Positions 1 through 12,100 of a DNA stretch of 64,000 nt are shown one piece after another (the stretch's first letter is position 1; each line of letters begins with the position of its first letter). The position numbers were made by a program, and so were the translations under genes. The notes beneath the pieces were generated by a model. The model was not told where the DNA came from. It saw only the letters and a list, made by a program, of their open reading frames with translations, and made no database searches. The DNA is taken from positions 747,397 to 811,396 of the forward strand of contig NMRA01000048.1 of assembly GCA_002633005.1 (NCBI GenBank), written 5' to 3'. This DNA comes from Phoronis australis. Lineage: Eukaryota > Animalia > Phoronida.

Positions 1-189
1 GTTAAAATTTGTAATAGCCATTCCCAATTACTTTCGCCCAGACTAGTCGACTAAGAGCGTGAATGATCATGTAATTATTTCTCCCACAGTTGTCCATAAA
101 AGTGACCTGCAATTCTTCTGCTCTATCTCGCCACACACATGAAGACGAGGACATCATAGGATCTGAACAATTGTTACGACATCACGAAT

Positions 190-319
190 ATGACAATGAT
201 GACGATGGCGATGATGATGACGGCGTTGGTAATGCTGGTGGAGGTGATGATGATGATGTTGATGGTGGTGGTGGTGTTGATGATGATGAAGATGATGATG
301 ACGACGATGATGATAATGG

Positions 320-353
<34 letters not shown>

Positions 354-674
354 AACTATGATGATGATGGTGTGGTGGTGCTGCTGATGACGATGATGTG
401 ATGTCGATGATAGTGATGAGGTGGTGGTGATGATGATGGTAGTGATGTTTTTATGGTGGTGGTGGGTGAGAAGCTAATCTGGGATGAATGTTCAGCACCT
501 CATGTGATGCTGAAGGCCGAATATAGTTAATTTTGTTCCATTTTTCAAGCTGTTAAGAAAATCATTGTTTNATACCCATTCCCAATTATTTTTGCCCAGT
601 GATGATGATGATGTTGATGGTGGTGGTGGTGTTGATGATGATGAAGATGATGATGACGACGATGATGATAATGG

Positions 675-711
<37 letters not shown>

Positions 712-929
712 AACTATGATGATGATGGTGTGGTGGTGCTGCTGATGACGATGATGTGATGTCGATGATAGTGATGAGGTGGTGGTGATGATGATGGTAG
801 TGATGTTTTTATGGTGGTGGTGGGTGAGAAGCTAATCTGGGATGAATGTTCAGCACCTCATGTGATGCTGAAGGCCGAATATAGTTAATTTTGTTCCATT
901 TTTCAAGCTGTTAAGAAAATCATTGTTTT
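190..929. repeat. (GAT/GGT)n microsatellite block, duplicated across a single N
   Basis: ~246-570 repeated almost exactly at 600-928 around n at 571; differs in GAT copy number. Confidence 0.9.
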
Positions 930-2675
930 TCTCAATAAACACCTACATTTGACACCGCCGAACTTGTTAACTTAAACACTTATGTACCATCTCGACCCTA
1001 GCTTGATCCTACCTACTGCACTCAATATTGTTTCACATATGTCCTCTATTTACCTAGTGTTATCGCACATTAGAGTTGATATAGTAGGGGGATATTTGCC
1101 GATTAGATAAACACGGTCTAGCGAAATATTTTATCATTTGCGAAAAAGCAACAAGTAGCACTGGACGTGTAAAGGATTTTTCTCAAGCACCCGTTACAAA
1201 CACCGATTTTTCATAATTTAAATTATCACATTCTTTATCATTTAAAGAATTTGTCTTATCCACCTTCGAGAAAAAAAAAACAGTTGACCGATATAAGTGA
1301 TATTTTGGAGACTTGTGATAACCAAGGTTCCATTTGTTGAATGTTTCAACTTTTGTGCGAAACAAAAGATGAGCAATTTGAAATCCAAGTCTCCCACTGA
1401 ATGTACATAAAACTAACACGTTGCTTCAGAAACGATTGTGAAATGTCTTGAACTAAGGACTCTTGTGCAGTTTAGAAATACACTTTAATCAACCCATTAA
1501 TTTTCTGAGACAGTTGCACCTGTTAACACAAAAATAGAGTTACAAAAATCGTTCTCTAATTATCGATCAATCGTATACACTTACAAACATACGCAATTAA
1601 AATTCGATACATCTGAATCACACCGAAGTATTAGACCACTTTTCAAATATTCATTTATTGTCTGATTTCAGCATTTTAAACACTGAATCACGGTGGTGCA
1701 AGCTATGATGTTTCGATGTTTACCGTGACTTTATGTCGGGAATTCAAATTTGCGTGATGTCAACATGCTTGTCGGTTAAGATGAAATAATTCATAGGAAA
1801 ATCTAATAAGTTAAGCCTTTCATGTATTCTGAAGTCGTGTCTTATGTTTGATGCTTCCTGGGCCAATACCATGTATATATGACCGGGACTGTATACGCGA
1901 AATGTATACTATTTTACACCGTATCCATCCTTTTTCAGTTTAGAGACGTGTTGAAAGGTGTCCCAACTGATGTCATTCGCTGAAACATGACCTGTGTATT
2001 ACGTAACACATATCCAAACCATGAGTACTGGACTCTTGGCATGCAGTAAAGTTGATTTTTTGTGAATGTACAGCCAAATTGATTACTTTTATGCTGTCCT
2101 TTATTCATCAAAGCAACGTAAAACAACACATTAAAGAGCAGATCACTCAATAACCATACTTCGTTATGGAATAAGGTAACGTGGAATTTATTTGAAAGTG
2201 TAACTTTTCTCAGTAATCCACTAGATTAGCCTTCTATTTGATATGTGCAGTTTTCCGCGCCAAATTATTAGGCGGAGTGTCTCCAGCTCCCCGAATTTCC
2301 AAAAGAGTATATCCGTGAGAATTGAGTCCAAGGATCTACTCGATTTTGACAGGTCCATTCATTAAAAGCTAAAAGGAAAAAATGGACAGTTTCATAAAAC
2401 CAGTACAAGTGGACAAGATCCTATGACTGATGTTTACAAATTGAACAAACATCATTTGGTAAAACTGATTTATCCTGATCCGGAACCACACGAATTGGTG
2501 TCAACTTCCACACACCCTTAGATATTGTAATATTTTATTCCTTTTTCATGACACTGTCTAGAGAAGCGACTCACGCGGTTAACTTTGAGTTTTGACTTGA
2601 TTACATGGCATTAGGTCTTCAATGTAACGGTATACTTTATTCCAGAAGGCGCCATCTAGCTGTCTTGAGCAGACA

Positions 2676-2756
2676 TCATTATAGTATTTACCAAGATATA
2701 AATCATTATAGAATTTACTAAGATATAAATCATTATAGAATTTACCAAGATATAAA
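2676..2756. repeat. 27-bp tandem repeat x3
   Basis: ATCATTATAGAATTTACCAAGATATAA units. Confidence 0.85.
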
Positions 2757-5215
2757 TAACTAAATAACGTTCTGTGTTTTTATTGCTCTAAAATGTGTGG
2801 TTGAATTGAGAGCTTAAACATGTATTTGCATGCTCCTAACTACGCTAATGTATAACGGCAACTACGACAATGCTATTTTTAATCTACGCAACGCACTTAT
2901 TGTGTTCAGTGACAGTTTGTTAATGTGAAAACAAAAAGAAATCTGCATACAAGTGACCTCAGCACTAATGACCTACTTCGGAAGTTCACAAAGCCAGCAT
3001 CATGCAATGTCATTCTTCAGCACCTCGTCACGATACTCACCGGACGCGGTTCATTAATTTGCGGCGGATTGTTTTCTCCACAAAACTCGTTCTTAAAAAC
3101 ATTTGACAATTTTCGACCTACTTCGTATTCACATCGTCGCTATATGTTGTGTTTTTAACTAATTTGGCCAAGGAATAACATAGATAAGGAATTAGCCTGC
3201 AAGTTCAAAAGGTTTTGATAAAGGAGAACATCCGTTCAATTGATCGCCGCTTTTTTGCTGTCCGAACTTATTGCGGAGAACTTTTTGGACATCTTAAGTA
3301 GAAGCAACGCAATTCTATGTGGAAGCTAACGATTCATGGGAACCCTGAGTTGCTATGTAGTTTGTGTTGGTAAGCTGATCCTGATTGATTGCGAGAGCCC
3401 CTTAAGGTAAAAATATTTTAACACTTCATAGAAGTCACCATCGCTAAAATTTATGAACGGGATATAAATCTTTTTAGCTATTATCAAACACAAAGGTAGG
3501 ATTAGATACAGAAATGAAGCATTAGAAAATATATGTAAATCAAACCGCCATAAACGTAAGTTCCTAAAATCCAAAAAGGACAAATGAAATTATTTACAAA
3601 AACAGAACGCGAAATTTACGGCCTAAACATAAAAATTACGAAAGAATCTGACTTTGCTCTAGTAGACTTGTCCAATAGTTTGCTTGCTTTGATTGCAGTC
3701 GATTTTGAATGATTTCCATAATTAAAGGGGCTTTAGATCGTTTTATTGCTTAAACCCTTGTCAAAACGGGTAGCTTTTACCGGCTAGTTCACTTGCTGTT
3801 GCCATGACTGCCTTCAGTGATCTGCTTTGCGGCTCTCTAGCACATAGTACGGTCAGGCATGAGACAAATAGTGTGTGGTTCACTAGCCTGGTTAATTTGC
3901 ATTTTAGCTAAGGAGTAAAAAGAAAGATATCCCTTTGAGCGCATATAAAATGTCAGCATGCGTGTATTGGTTGTGAAGATTTTACATACAGCACTGTAGG
4001 TCACCGGTCACATAACGTTGTCAGTACTTACCATCGATTAAAGGTTCGCCTTTTCTAGCTCGACTTTAGCGCATAACTATTTTATCACTATCCACTTTTC
4101 AGGTCTTTGCTGCTAGAACGGAGTTTTTGTTGTGATGTATGTTTGGTCATAACAGCTGTGTTTGAGCGTCAAGTACGTGCCAAACAAGATCGATTTTAAA
4201 TGACAAACCGTTCAAAGAATGGCTGACATTAACGGATTTTCCGCGCGCCTGCTTAACAAAGAAACTCACCTAAAGGTTTTCGTTGCATGTGTTTTAACTT
4301 CCATTTAGGCTTTTTAAAAACGTCCACGGAATTAATAGTCACGTTTTCTATATATTGTCATATGCACTAAAGCAAGCAAAAATGAGGAAGATAGGCAAAT
4401 TGAGTTTTCAACCATAAAATCAAGCTTTGGTTCATTTAATGGCTTTACAGGTGATGCACTTTCATTTGAAAGTAGCTATATTGTACATGCGTATCTATCC
4501 ATGAGATACGCGCAAAAAGACCATTTCCACTGACAGAGGTGCTTTTGCAACAAGCCTACTCACACACTGACACATAAGTGCCTCTATATTTGAAGTGGGC
4601 ACATGCGCTCATTTCGGGAACACTTTTTAAATGTTTCTACTATCCAAAACACTCTGATAATTTTCAATAAATTGAACCGGCTCCTTAATACCAGATAAGC
4701 ACATATGCATTGATAACCATTACTACCACATTTGTAGTGTCATGCAGACTTACTTTCAATCAACAATAAATGTAAAAAGTTCCATTTTCTGAATATACGC
4801 CGTGGGCGTCTACTGAGAAACTCTCGTAGAATGGAAAACTTGAATAAGAACTCCATGAATCCTATTGATTTCGGGTAGTTGTTTAGCACAATCGAATTTT
4901 CAATACAATTAATTCCAAACAAAAGCACAAGAGTCAAGTATTTGCATTTCAACCAAACCTCAAAAATGCGTTTCAAAAGCAGTTTGACATTAAATTCATT
5001 GTAGAAGTTTGAAGGACAGAGACAGCACAAAGAACGTCAAATTACATTTACCTTGTCTTTCAAAACTTTTATGAACTTCTAAAACATTTCTCGAGTTGTC
5101 ATATTAGATTCTTTATCTAATCCATTGTAAAGTTTCAAAAAAACTCAAATGTATAACTAATTCACAAGTTCACCAAATGTCTAATCGATCCTTATTTTCA
5201 CTTCAAGTGAAATAT

Positions 5216-5259
5216 GTTACACCAATGAGCTATGGTATACTATAGGTCATTGGTTACAC
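5216..5259. repeat. 30-bp palindrome flanked by 7-bp direct repeat
   Basis: GTTACAC-CAATGAGCTATGGTA|TACTATAGGTCATTG-GTTACAC; arms match 13/15. Confidence 0.8.
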
Positions 5260-7215
5260 TGATGTTTTGAATCCAGAATTTAAAAAAGGTCAAATTGCGG
5301 TCGGGTTTCTCATACGCATAACTATAATCTGTTTCATCTGTCATGGTAAGGCTTAATTTTAAACTGAATTCGATTGAGATAAAGCTTCAAATCTTACTTA
5401 CATAATCAAAAAGCAGTAAGTTGTCGCTGACAAGGCTAACGCATTGGGTCGAAGACATGCAACTAAACACTACTTCACGTAAAAACATCCATGGTTTCTA
5501 GCGACAACATTCTTAATCCTAACTGATATACAAACACTTGACGGTCTGGCCAATGACAAAAAGTTCTCGCCCAAATCAATTCCATCCGACTGTGCAGAAG
5601 GGGTTCTTAACGTGAAGACAACTACTCAGTATTTACTGTTCTGACAGAGGACGTAAATAGTTATATGGTTTTGTACAAAACGCATTCTGCAAATGAATAG
5701 GATGTGTAAATATGATCAGATATTAAATGTACGTCCTATACATGTGCGCTTGGTATTTGCCTAATTATCTGGGCATTGTTAAAATACAGGTGTGAGTCTA
5801 GAGATTGTCAACTAACTCCATAGCCCTGGGCCTTTCGCACAAAACATGAGAGCAAACCCGAATTGATTCTGTAAATACAAAGAAATTATATTTTTGTACC
5901 ACTGCCGGCAATTCTCGAACCCATTTGTTGTAATTTATTTGACCTCGGTCGTTTATTTAATGTAAAATACAAACAAACGGTTCGACTTGATTTGTGCGTT
6001 TCCAGATATAGTTACGAAATACAAACGACGCGCACGTAAATACATGTATGAGTTTCTGTCCAGTCCAATTTGTTCTTGGTAAACAGATGCCTTTTCTTGG
6101 ATGAATACAAGCCGGTGTTAAAATCGACTAGAGGTATAGAGCTCGCTGTGTAACGCACCGCTCTACGCTTAGAGACTTCGAGACTCTTGTCCGATTTCTT
6201 CATGCTCGTTGACTAAAGACGTAACATCAATGTTCCTATAGAATTTACTGCAAACGCCTTCCTATACAGGTATATAGTTGAAATATATATCCCACGGCTC
6301 CAACGATGTTATAAGACCATACTGTCGGTGTTTTGAGACAGTCGTCCATTCCACGTATAAGTCTAAGAGACCCAAACAATTCGTAAATTTCATTAATTTT
6401 AGTTAAATTTGTTAACCTCACTGAAAACAGATTGCCAAAGCATAACTATCTAATCATTGGAGAGTGACAGTTCTTCCAATTCCCTATGCAAAATGACATT
6501 TTAGATCTAATAATACTTACCACAAACGTCAAAAAAAAGGGAACTATCGTCACTGTCGAAGTTGGTCGTGATTCTTGTTCTGTGTCTCAACGTCGATTAT
6601 TTAAGCCGTTAGTCAAACAAGTTGATGATAAATTTAGGCAATCTCGGAATCAGATTATCTGTAGCGAAATTTGCATTTTCCTTAGACAGCGTGTCGAGGA
6701 GCGTTGCATGCGTACCAGTGTTCGTGGACTCCCTACGGAAAATGTTCTCATCATTGATGACCTGGCCCCTTCCAGTTATGACGTGTGGAATATTATAAAC
6801 ATTAAACATTGTTTGATAACTAAAGTGAAAAGCAAAACACTCGTCCTGTTGCAAGCAAGTTTTATTTTAGAGAGATTTACTTTAGACCACTTGTCTATTG
6901 AGGAAACCTTCAGTGTGCCACCAATCGTACTTCAAAGACAATAGAGAGAAGAAGTTTAAGAAGTCCTTGCTTACGTGGCGAATGTATACATTACGCATTG
7001 ACTGATCAGAGACTGTACTTGGCAATGAACGTACTCTGTGTTTGGACCGTAAGAGATTTGCTAAAGTATGATTGGATGATCTGTATCAAAGAAGAAATGG
7101 GGGAGTGTTTTTCTGATATTGAAATGGGTTGAAACGAAAATGAACATAACCGTATAAAAACGCATATGCAGTAGGAGTTGAGTGTCAAGTTGTGTCCAAT
7201 TTAGGACTACGCACT

Positions 7216-7289
7216 TCTCAAAGTATATTGCGAATTGGCTCCATACCCCTTTAAAAAGGGGCATGGAGCCAATTCGCAATATTTTGAGA
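7216..7289. repeat. 74-bp near-perfect hairpin
   Basis: ATATTGCGAATTGGCTCCATACCCCTTT / AAAGGGGCATGGAGCCAATTCGCAATAT. Confidence 0.8.
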
Positions 7290-7752
7290 TCAATCCCAGC
7301 GCGAACTCCAACAGTGGGACTCCGCAGTCATAGCCAAACGCTCTGCTGGCGGAGCTAAATCCTCATTGATAACTGGTAATGCGCCATGTGTACTTAACAT
7401 GTTAAGTCAGCCACCGCAACCGTCGGGCACTGATTTCAACGAATGTCTGGCAGACATCGGTGAGTATTGGCGATTTGTAATAAAATCGCATAAATACGAC
7501 AATTTTGTTGTTTTAGAAAATCTATGTCAGTTTCTGGGAATATCACATTTCAGTAAAGATTGGTTTATTCGTTGAAAGGGAATATATTGTTATATTTTTA
7601 GTTTAAAGCCTATCTTGACCGGTAACACATGTAAATTGGAGTATAATTAAGAGCATTGCTCTGAGCCCACCAGTGTCATAAATTGCCACATCTAATGAAC
7701 TGTTAGGGGTATTGCCTTGCTTTTGTTTACGTCACAGCGAGAATCACCTTTT

Positions 7753-8033
7753 AACAAGCGCGCACCCAGCCGGCCTAAAAATGGAAGGCGGGGGGGGGGT
7801 CGAATTTTTCGGGATGTGGACCTTTTACTAAGATTCACTGGGTACGTTCAGAGTTATGAATTGTGCATTCGCCGAATTTTGATAGTCCTTGCCTTTATAG
7901 TGGACTTTTATTTCATTTACAACTTTTTCGGAGTTTTCGTTTCTCTGAGGCGGACTTTTTGTTTTGCCTACTTCGTCAAATGGGGGAGAGGTGCTCGTTC
8001 GAATCCCCGAGCTTCCCTGGGTGAGCGCATGTT
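7753..8033. mobile_element. MITE
   Basis: Imperfect TIR AACAAGCGCGCACCCAG / CTGGGTGAGCGCATGTT; related end at 57448-57463. Confidence 0.5.
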
Positions 8034-8347
8034 TAATTCAAACAGGTGTGAATAACACTCGAGAGCAACTGGTGTTCTAACTTGTTTGTTCTGAGTTCTC
8101 GTGGTGACGCAATATGGCACAAAAAGGCAACTTCACCTATGATTTGACGGGCCTACATTTGAGTGATTAATATCGCGTTATCTTATTTTGCTAAGGCTTT
8201 GTTAGGACTATCTGGTTAGCCTAATACATATAAAATTACAAAACTGGTTTGAAGTTAGGTTTTAAGATTTGAAACATTTCAATTAAACCTCCTGTTTTCC
8301 ACGCATGTGTAAATTGACGCTTGCTTTGGCATATAGACGTAAAAATC

Positions 8348-8652
8348 CAGTAGCGGATCTAGGATACCATAAGGGGGGGGGGCAACATGTTGTCTCGGGG
8401 AATTGGGCAAAGCGCAATTGTATGTGCAGCGCAGGCCCGAAGTTGCCAGGGCCGGGCATGTGAACCTTCAGTCCGGAAAACTGAGTCTACCGGTGGACTA
8501 AAATAAAAAAAACGGCAACGCCGCGATCTGGGGTCTTAGCCCCCCCCCCCCCTTTCTCCGCTACCGGTCCTATTTCCTCACGATTCACGCTGTTGCTGTT
8601 CCATTTTGCCCTGCGGCATCCAAGGGTAGGGGGAGGGGCTAAATCCGCCATG
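8348..8652 (+). mobile_element. MITE family copy A (CAGTRGCGGATCT termini)
   Basis: Colinear homology with 38947-39255; imperfect TIR CAGTAGCGGAT / ATCCGCCATG. Confidence 0.65.
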
Positions 8653-8805
8653 GAATCTATGGCCATGAAATCTATGTGTGGAAAACTTGAAGTTTGAAAA
8701 ACGCACCATTAAGTTTCACATACGCGCACATTCCATATAATACGATGACCAAATCCTAGCATTCAGACTAATTGTCGCTTGCAGATCATGCAGCAGTGCG
8801 ATATA

Positions 8806-10296
8806 CTACAAGAGCAACGCAGAGCGTTGAAATGGGGTACACACACCACAAACGGAGTGCTTCTAGGGTTGTTTATTTATTTCATAAAAATAGCCACAAG
8901 AGAGCGAAAAAACATCCAATCATCTGAAACTAGGTACATGCCATCGCTTCTTTAATAGAAAGCTATTTAGCAAATATCATAAAAATCTGTCAAGGAACTT
9001 CAGAGAAACAAAGGAAAACAAAAAATATTGAAATTGCGACTTTGGGACACAGTCTTCTTTGGATCCGCTTGAAAGACGTCGTCAATGAAAATGAAAAATG
9101 GCCACTAGGTGGCGCAAACTACGTCAAATCCATCCAAAAATGGGAGGATAACTTCATCTTACTAATAGGTGTCTATATTTCAACTTTTATGAAAATACGT
9201 TGAGGACCTTTGAAGATACAGCGGTAAACGTAAAAATCATAAATTGCCACTAGGGGGCACATCAGTAGTCAAATCTGTCCGAAAGTTGTCGTCATCTCTT
9301 GTCAACATCATATACGCTTGCAGAATTTAGTAAAAATCCTGCCAACGGTTAAGGACATACAGCCATGGGCGCAAAAAGAGACAAAACTGCCACTAGGAGG
9401 CGCCACAGTACTCGAAATTGTCGGAAAATGGTCAGCCGTCCTCTTCATGGTAAGAACACATGCCAATTTCCACCCTTACAGCGGTTTGGTTGATAAGAGA
9501 GGGGTGGACGCCAAAACAGCAAAAATGGCCACTAGGTGGCGCAAACTACGTCGAATCCATCCGAAAACGGGAGGATAGCATCACCTCACTAATAGGTGCC
9601 TATATTCCAAATTTTATGGAAATACGTTGAGGTCCTTTGAAGATACAGAGGTAAACGTAAAAAAATTAAATTGCCACTACGAGGCACACCGGTAGTCAGC
9701 TCCGTCCGAAAGTCGTCGCCATCCATTGTCAACATCATATAAATACGCTTAATTGCAGAATATAGTAAACTTGAAGTTCCTGCCATGCGGTTCAGGAGAT
9801 GCGGCCATGGGCGCAAAGAGACAAAACTGCCACTAGGAGGCGCCACAGTAGTCATCGTCAGCCGTCCTCTGTATAATAAAAACAGGCATGCCATCATCTT
9901 TAGAGCGGTTTGGTTGATAGAGGGGTAAACGCCAAAAAACAGACTCGAAAACAGCAAAAATGGCCACTAGGTAACGCAAACTACGTCCAATCCATCCGAA
10001 AACGGAAGGATAGCGTCATCTCACCAATAGATTCCTATATGCCAAATTTTATGAGTACGTTAAGGACCTTTGAAGATCGAGGTAAGCCTAAAATATATGC
10101 CACTAGGGGGCACACCGGTAGTCGGATCCGTCCGAAGTTTACTCATATGCCGTCCCATCTATGATAGGAACATATGTGCAAAATTTCATGAACGTAGGTT
10201 AAAGCGTTTTGGAGAGAGAGCAGGCGGACGCCGGACGCCGACGCCGGAGATGACGGCATAATGCGTCCACATATAAATATGTGGGCGCATAAAAAT
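8806..10296 (+). mobile_element. Non-autonomous Helentron-type (HINE/DINE-1-like) element with internal ~143-bp tandem repeats
   Basis: Starts ACAAGAG; internal repeats 9090-10200 (monomer ~143 bp, trimer ~427-435 bp); GACGCC-type microsatellite 10224-10250; terminal hairpin ATGCGTCCACATAT-aa-ATATGTGGGCGCAT 10261-10290 followed by A-run. Confidence 0.7.
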
Positions 10297-11043
10297 TACA
10301 GGCTTTGTGTTTGGCAGGAAGACTGCGAGATAAATTGACTGGAATTTGCCTTGAACAATATGACATGCTCGCCTCGTGAATTGCAATATCATTCCCGGCA
10401 TGAAATGTGACATGTGCGCATCGAGAACGTTCTTCAGTATTATATCGCCTAAGCCAGATCATTCAGCTCTATTAAATCAGTTGTTCACGGTGTCCCATCA
10501 GCCGCCTTACGAGAAATATGCAGAATGTTAAAGTATCAAATAGTCACTATTCTGACCGGCCAATCATCTACAATAAGAATGGGCGGAAAGAGTGCATCTT
10601 TAGCCGGAATCTATGTTTCTTACGGTACGAAGATAGATCCGCCTTGGGGCCCGATGAACGGACATCAGACGTCCAACGCGCAATCACACGCGATATTTTT
10701 TACTGACGGCGTATCTGTTTTCTGACAGAACAGCATGCGACTGATGTTTATTTGTCTTTCAAGAACCTTTGAAAGGCATGAAAAACAGGCAATCTAATGG
10801 ATCTCTCTGCAGAACGTAAACATACTGCACAACCATTTTTAAGGCAGTGATCAGACAACAGGGACATTTTAAATTAAAAGCAAGAACCGGTTATTTTGAA
10901 GAGCATTTCTGGATCTTTGTTAATTTACAATAAAATACTTCAGGGTTTATCTTCACATTTCATCAGTCAGCGAACGTAGAAAATAAATGTGAAACTAAAT
11001 AAGGCATCCTCCCAAGGATACTATTGTTTCACGAAATGTAGAA

Positions 11044-11184
11044 TACAAATAAGTAAATAAAACAACAAGAATGGATCAACTGAAATTTTCGAACGTAATA
11101 ACGTCCTGTTTGTCAACAGAAAGGACTTTATTACATCCGAAAATTTCAGTTGATCCATTCTTGTTGTTTTATTTACCTATTTAT
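11044..11184. mobile_element. Two inverted copies of the Penelope-like tail
   Basis: CGAAAATTTCAGTTGATCCATTCTTGTTGTTTTATTTAC at ~11139-11177, its reverse complement at ~11052-11090, and the same string at ~63347-63385. Confidence 0.75.
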
Positions 11185-11583
11185 ATCAGTCAGCTAATAA
11201 TTCGNTTTGTTGATATTTCTTAGTGGACTGCAATAAGCAAATTGTTTTATCATTCAAACACATGTTACAAATGTGTTACATTTATTTACAAATATACACT
11301 GTTGTAAAAAATAATTCAATAACATGCATTAGGCACAATACAACACTAAGATAGAAACTAGAATATAAGTGGAAAAACAATTTCTGAACAATGGCTCAGA
11401 AAACATGTTTTGCTAGCTTTTGAATGTTGAGAGTGTTCATGACAATATGCAAATAAAATCAGGCAATCCAGTTACAAAATACATAATGACCCAAAATGAA
11501 CAAAATTTCCATAGATCCACAAAAATAATGTGACCAATTAAAAACTAAAAAGTTTGATAAAGTAAGTAATGTGCCAGCGGCTT

Positions 11584-11701
11584 CAATCACATGACAACAG
11601 GTTACCTAGGTCCAATCATATGACAACAGGTTACCTAGGTCCAATCACATGACAACAGGTTATCTAGGTCCAATCACATGACAACAGGTTACCTAGGCAA
11701 C
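11584..11701. repeat. 29-bp tandem repeat x4 in C2orf81-like 3' UTR
   Basis: CAATCACATGACAACAGGTTACCTAGGTC units. Confidence 0.9.
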
Positions 11702-12100
11702 ATGCTTATATCAACAGAAGCTTCAACAATCACAAAAACAGTTTTTTGATATCAGATTTGAAGTGAAAACGAGATAATGCCTACTTTTGTCAACATTTAT
11801 ATTTCAGTAATCATGAAACTTCATCTCAATTACATTAACAAAAACGCATTACTCTCTTGGTTGCTCCCACAGTTGATTCAAATTTAATAATAATTCTAAT
11901 AATACAAACTTTGTCCATTTACAAGATGCATATTATCACATCTGAGGTGGAATGAATCTACACAATACTCTTCATTATTTTCAAAATTTTGTTCAGAACG
12001 TCCTCCACAAAGTTCTCAAGATGCGACCGAGACGAATCCAAACAGCCAGAATAATTTATTACCAAGTACTTTTAAATTGTCAGTGACACATGGCTGCTGC

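Noticed and set aside
479-535. Possible hammerhead (TTCAGCA/TGCTGAA stem)
   Set aside because: Core boxes are broken (CTGGGATGA, GAAT); at most a decayed tail.
90-759. Asp-rich and Met-rich ORFs
   Set aside because: Translations of a (GAT)n microsatellite; duplication straddles an N and is likely an assembly/haplotype artefact.
9318-10462. Several 60-120 aa ORFs
   Set aside because: Fall within the HINE tandem repeats; no protein motifs.
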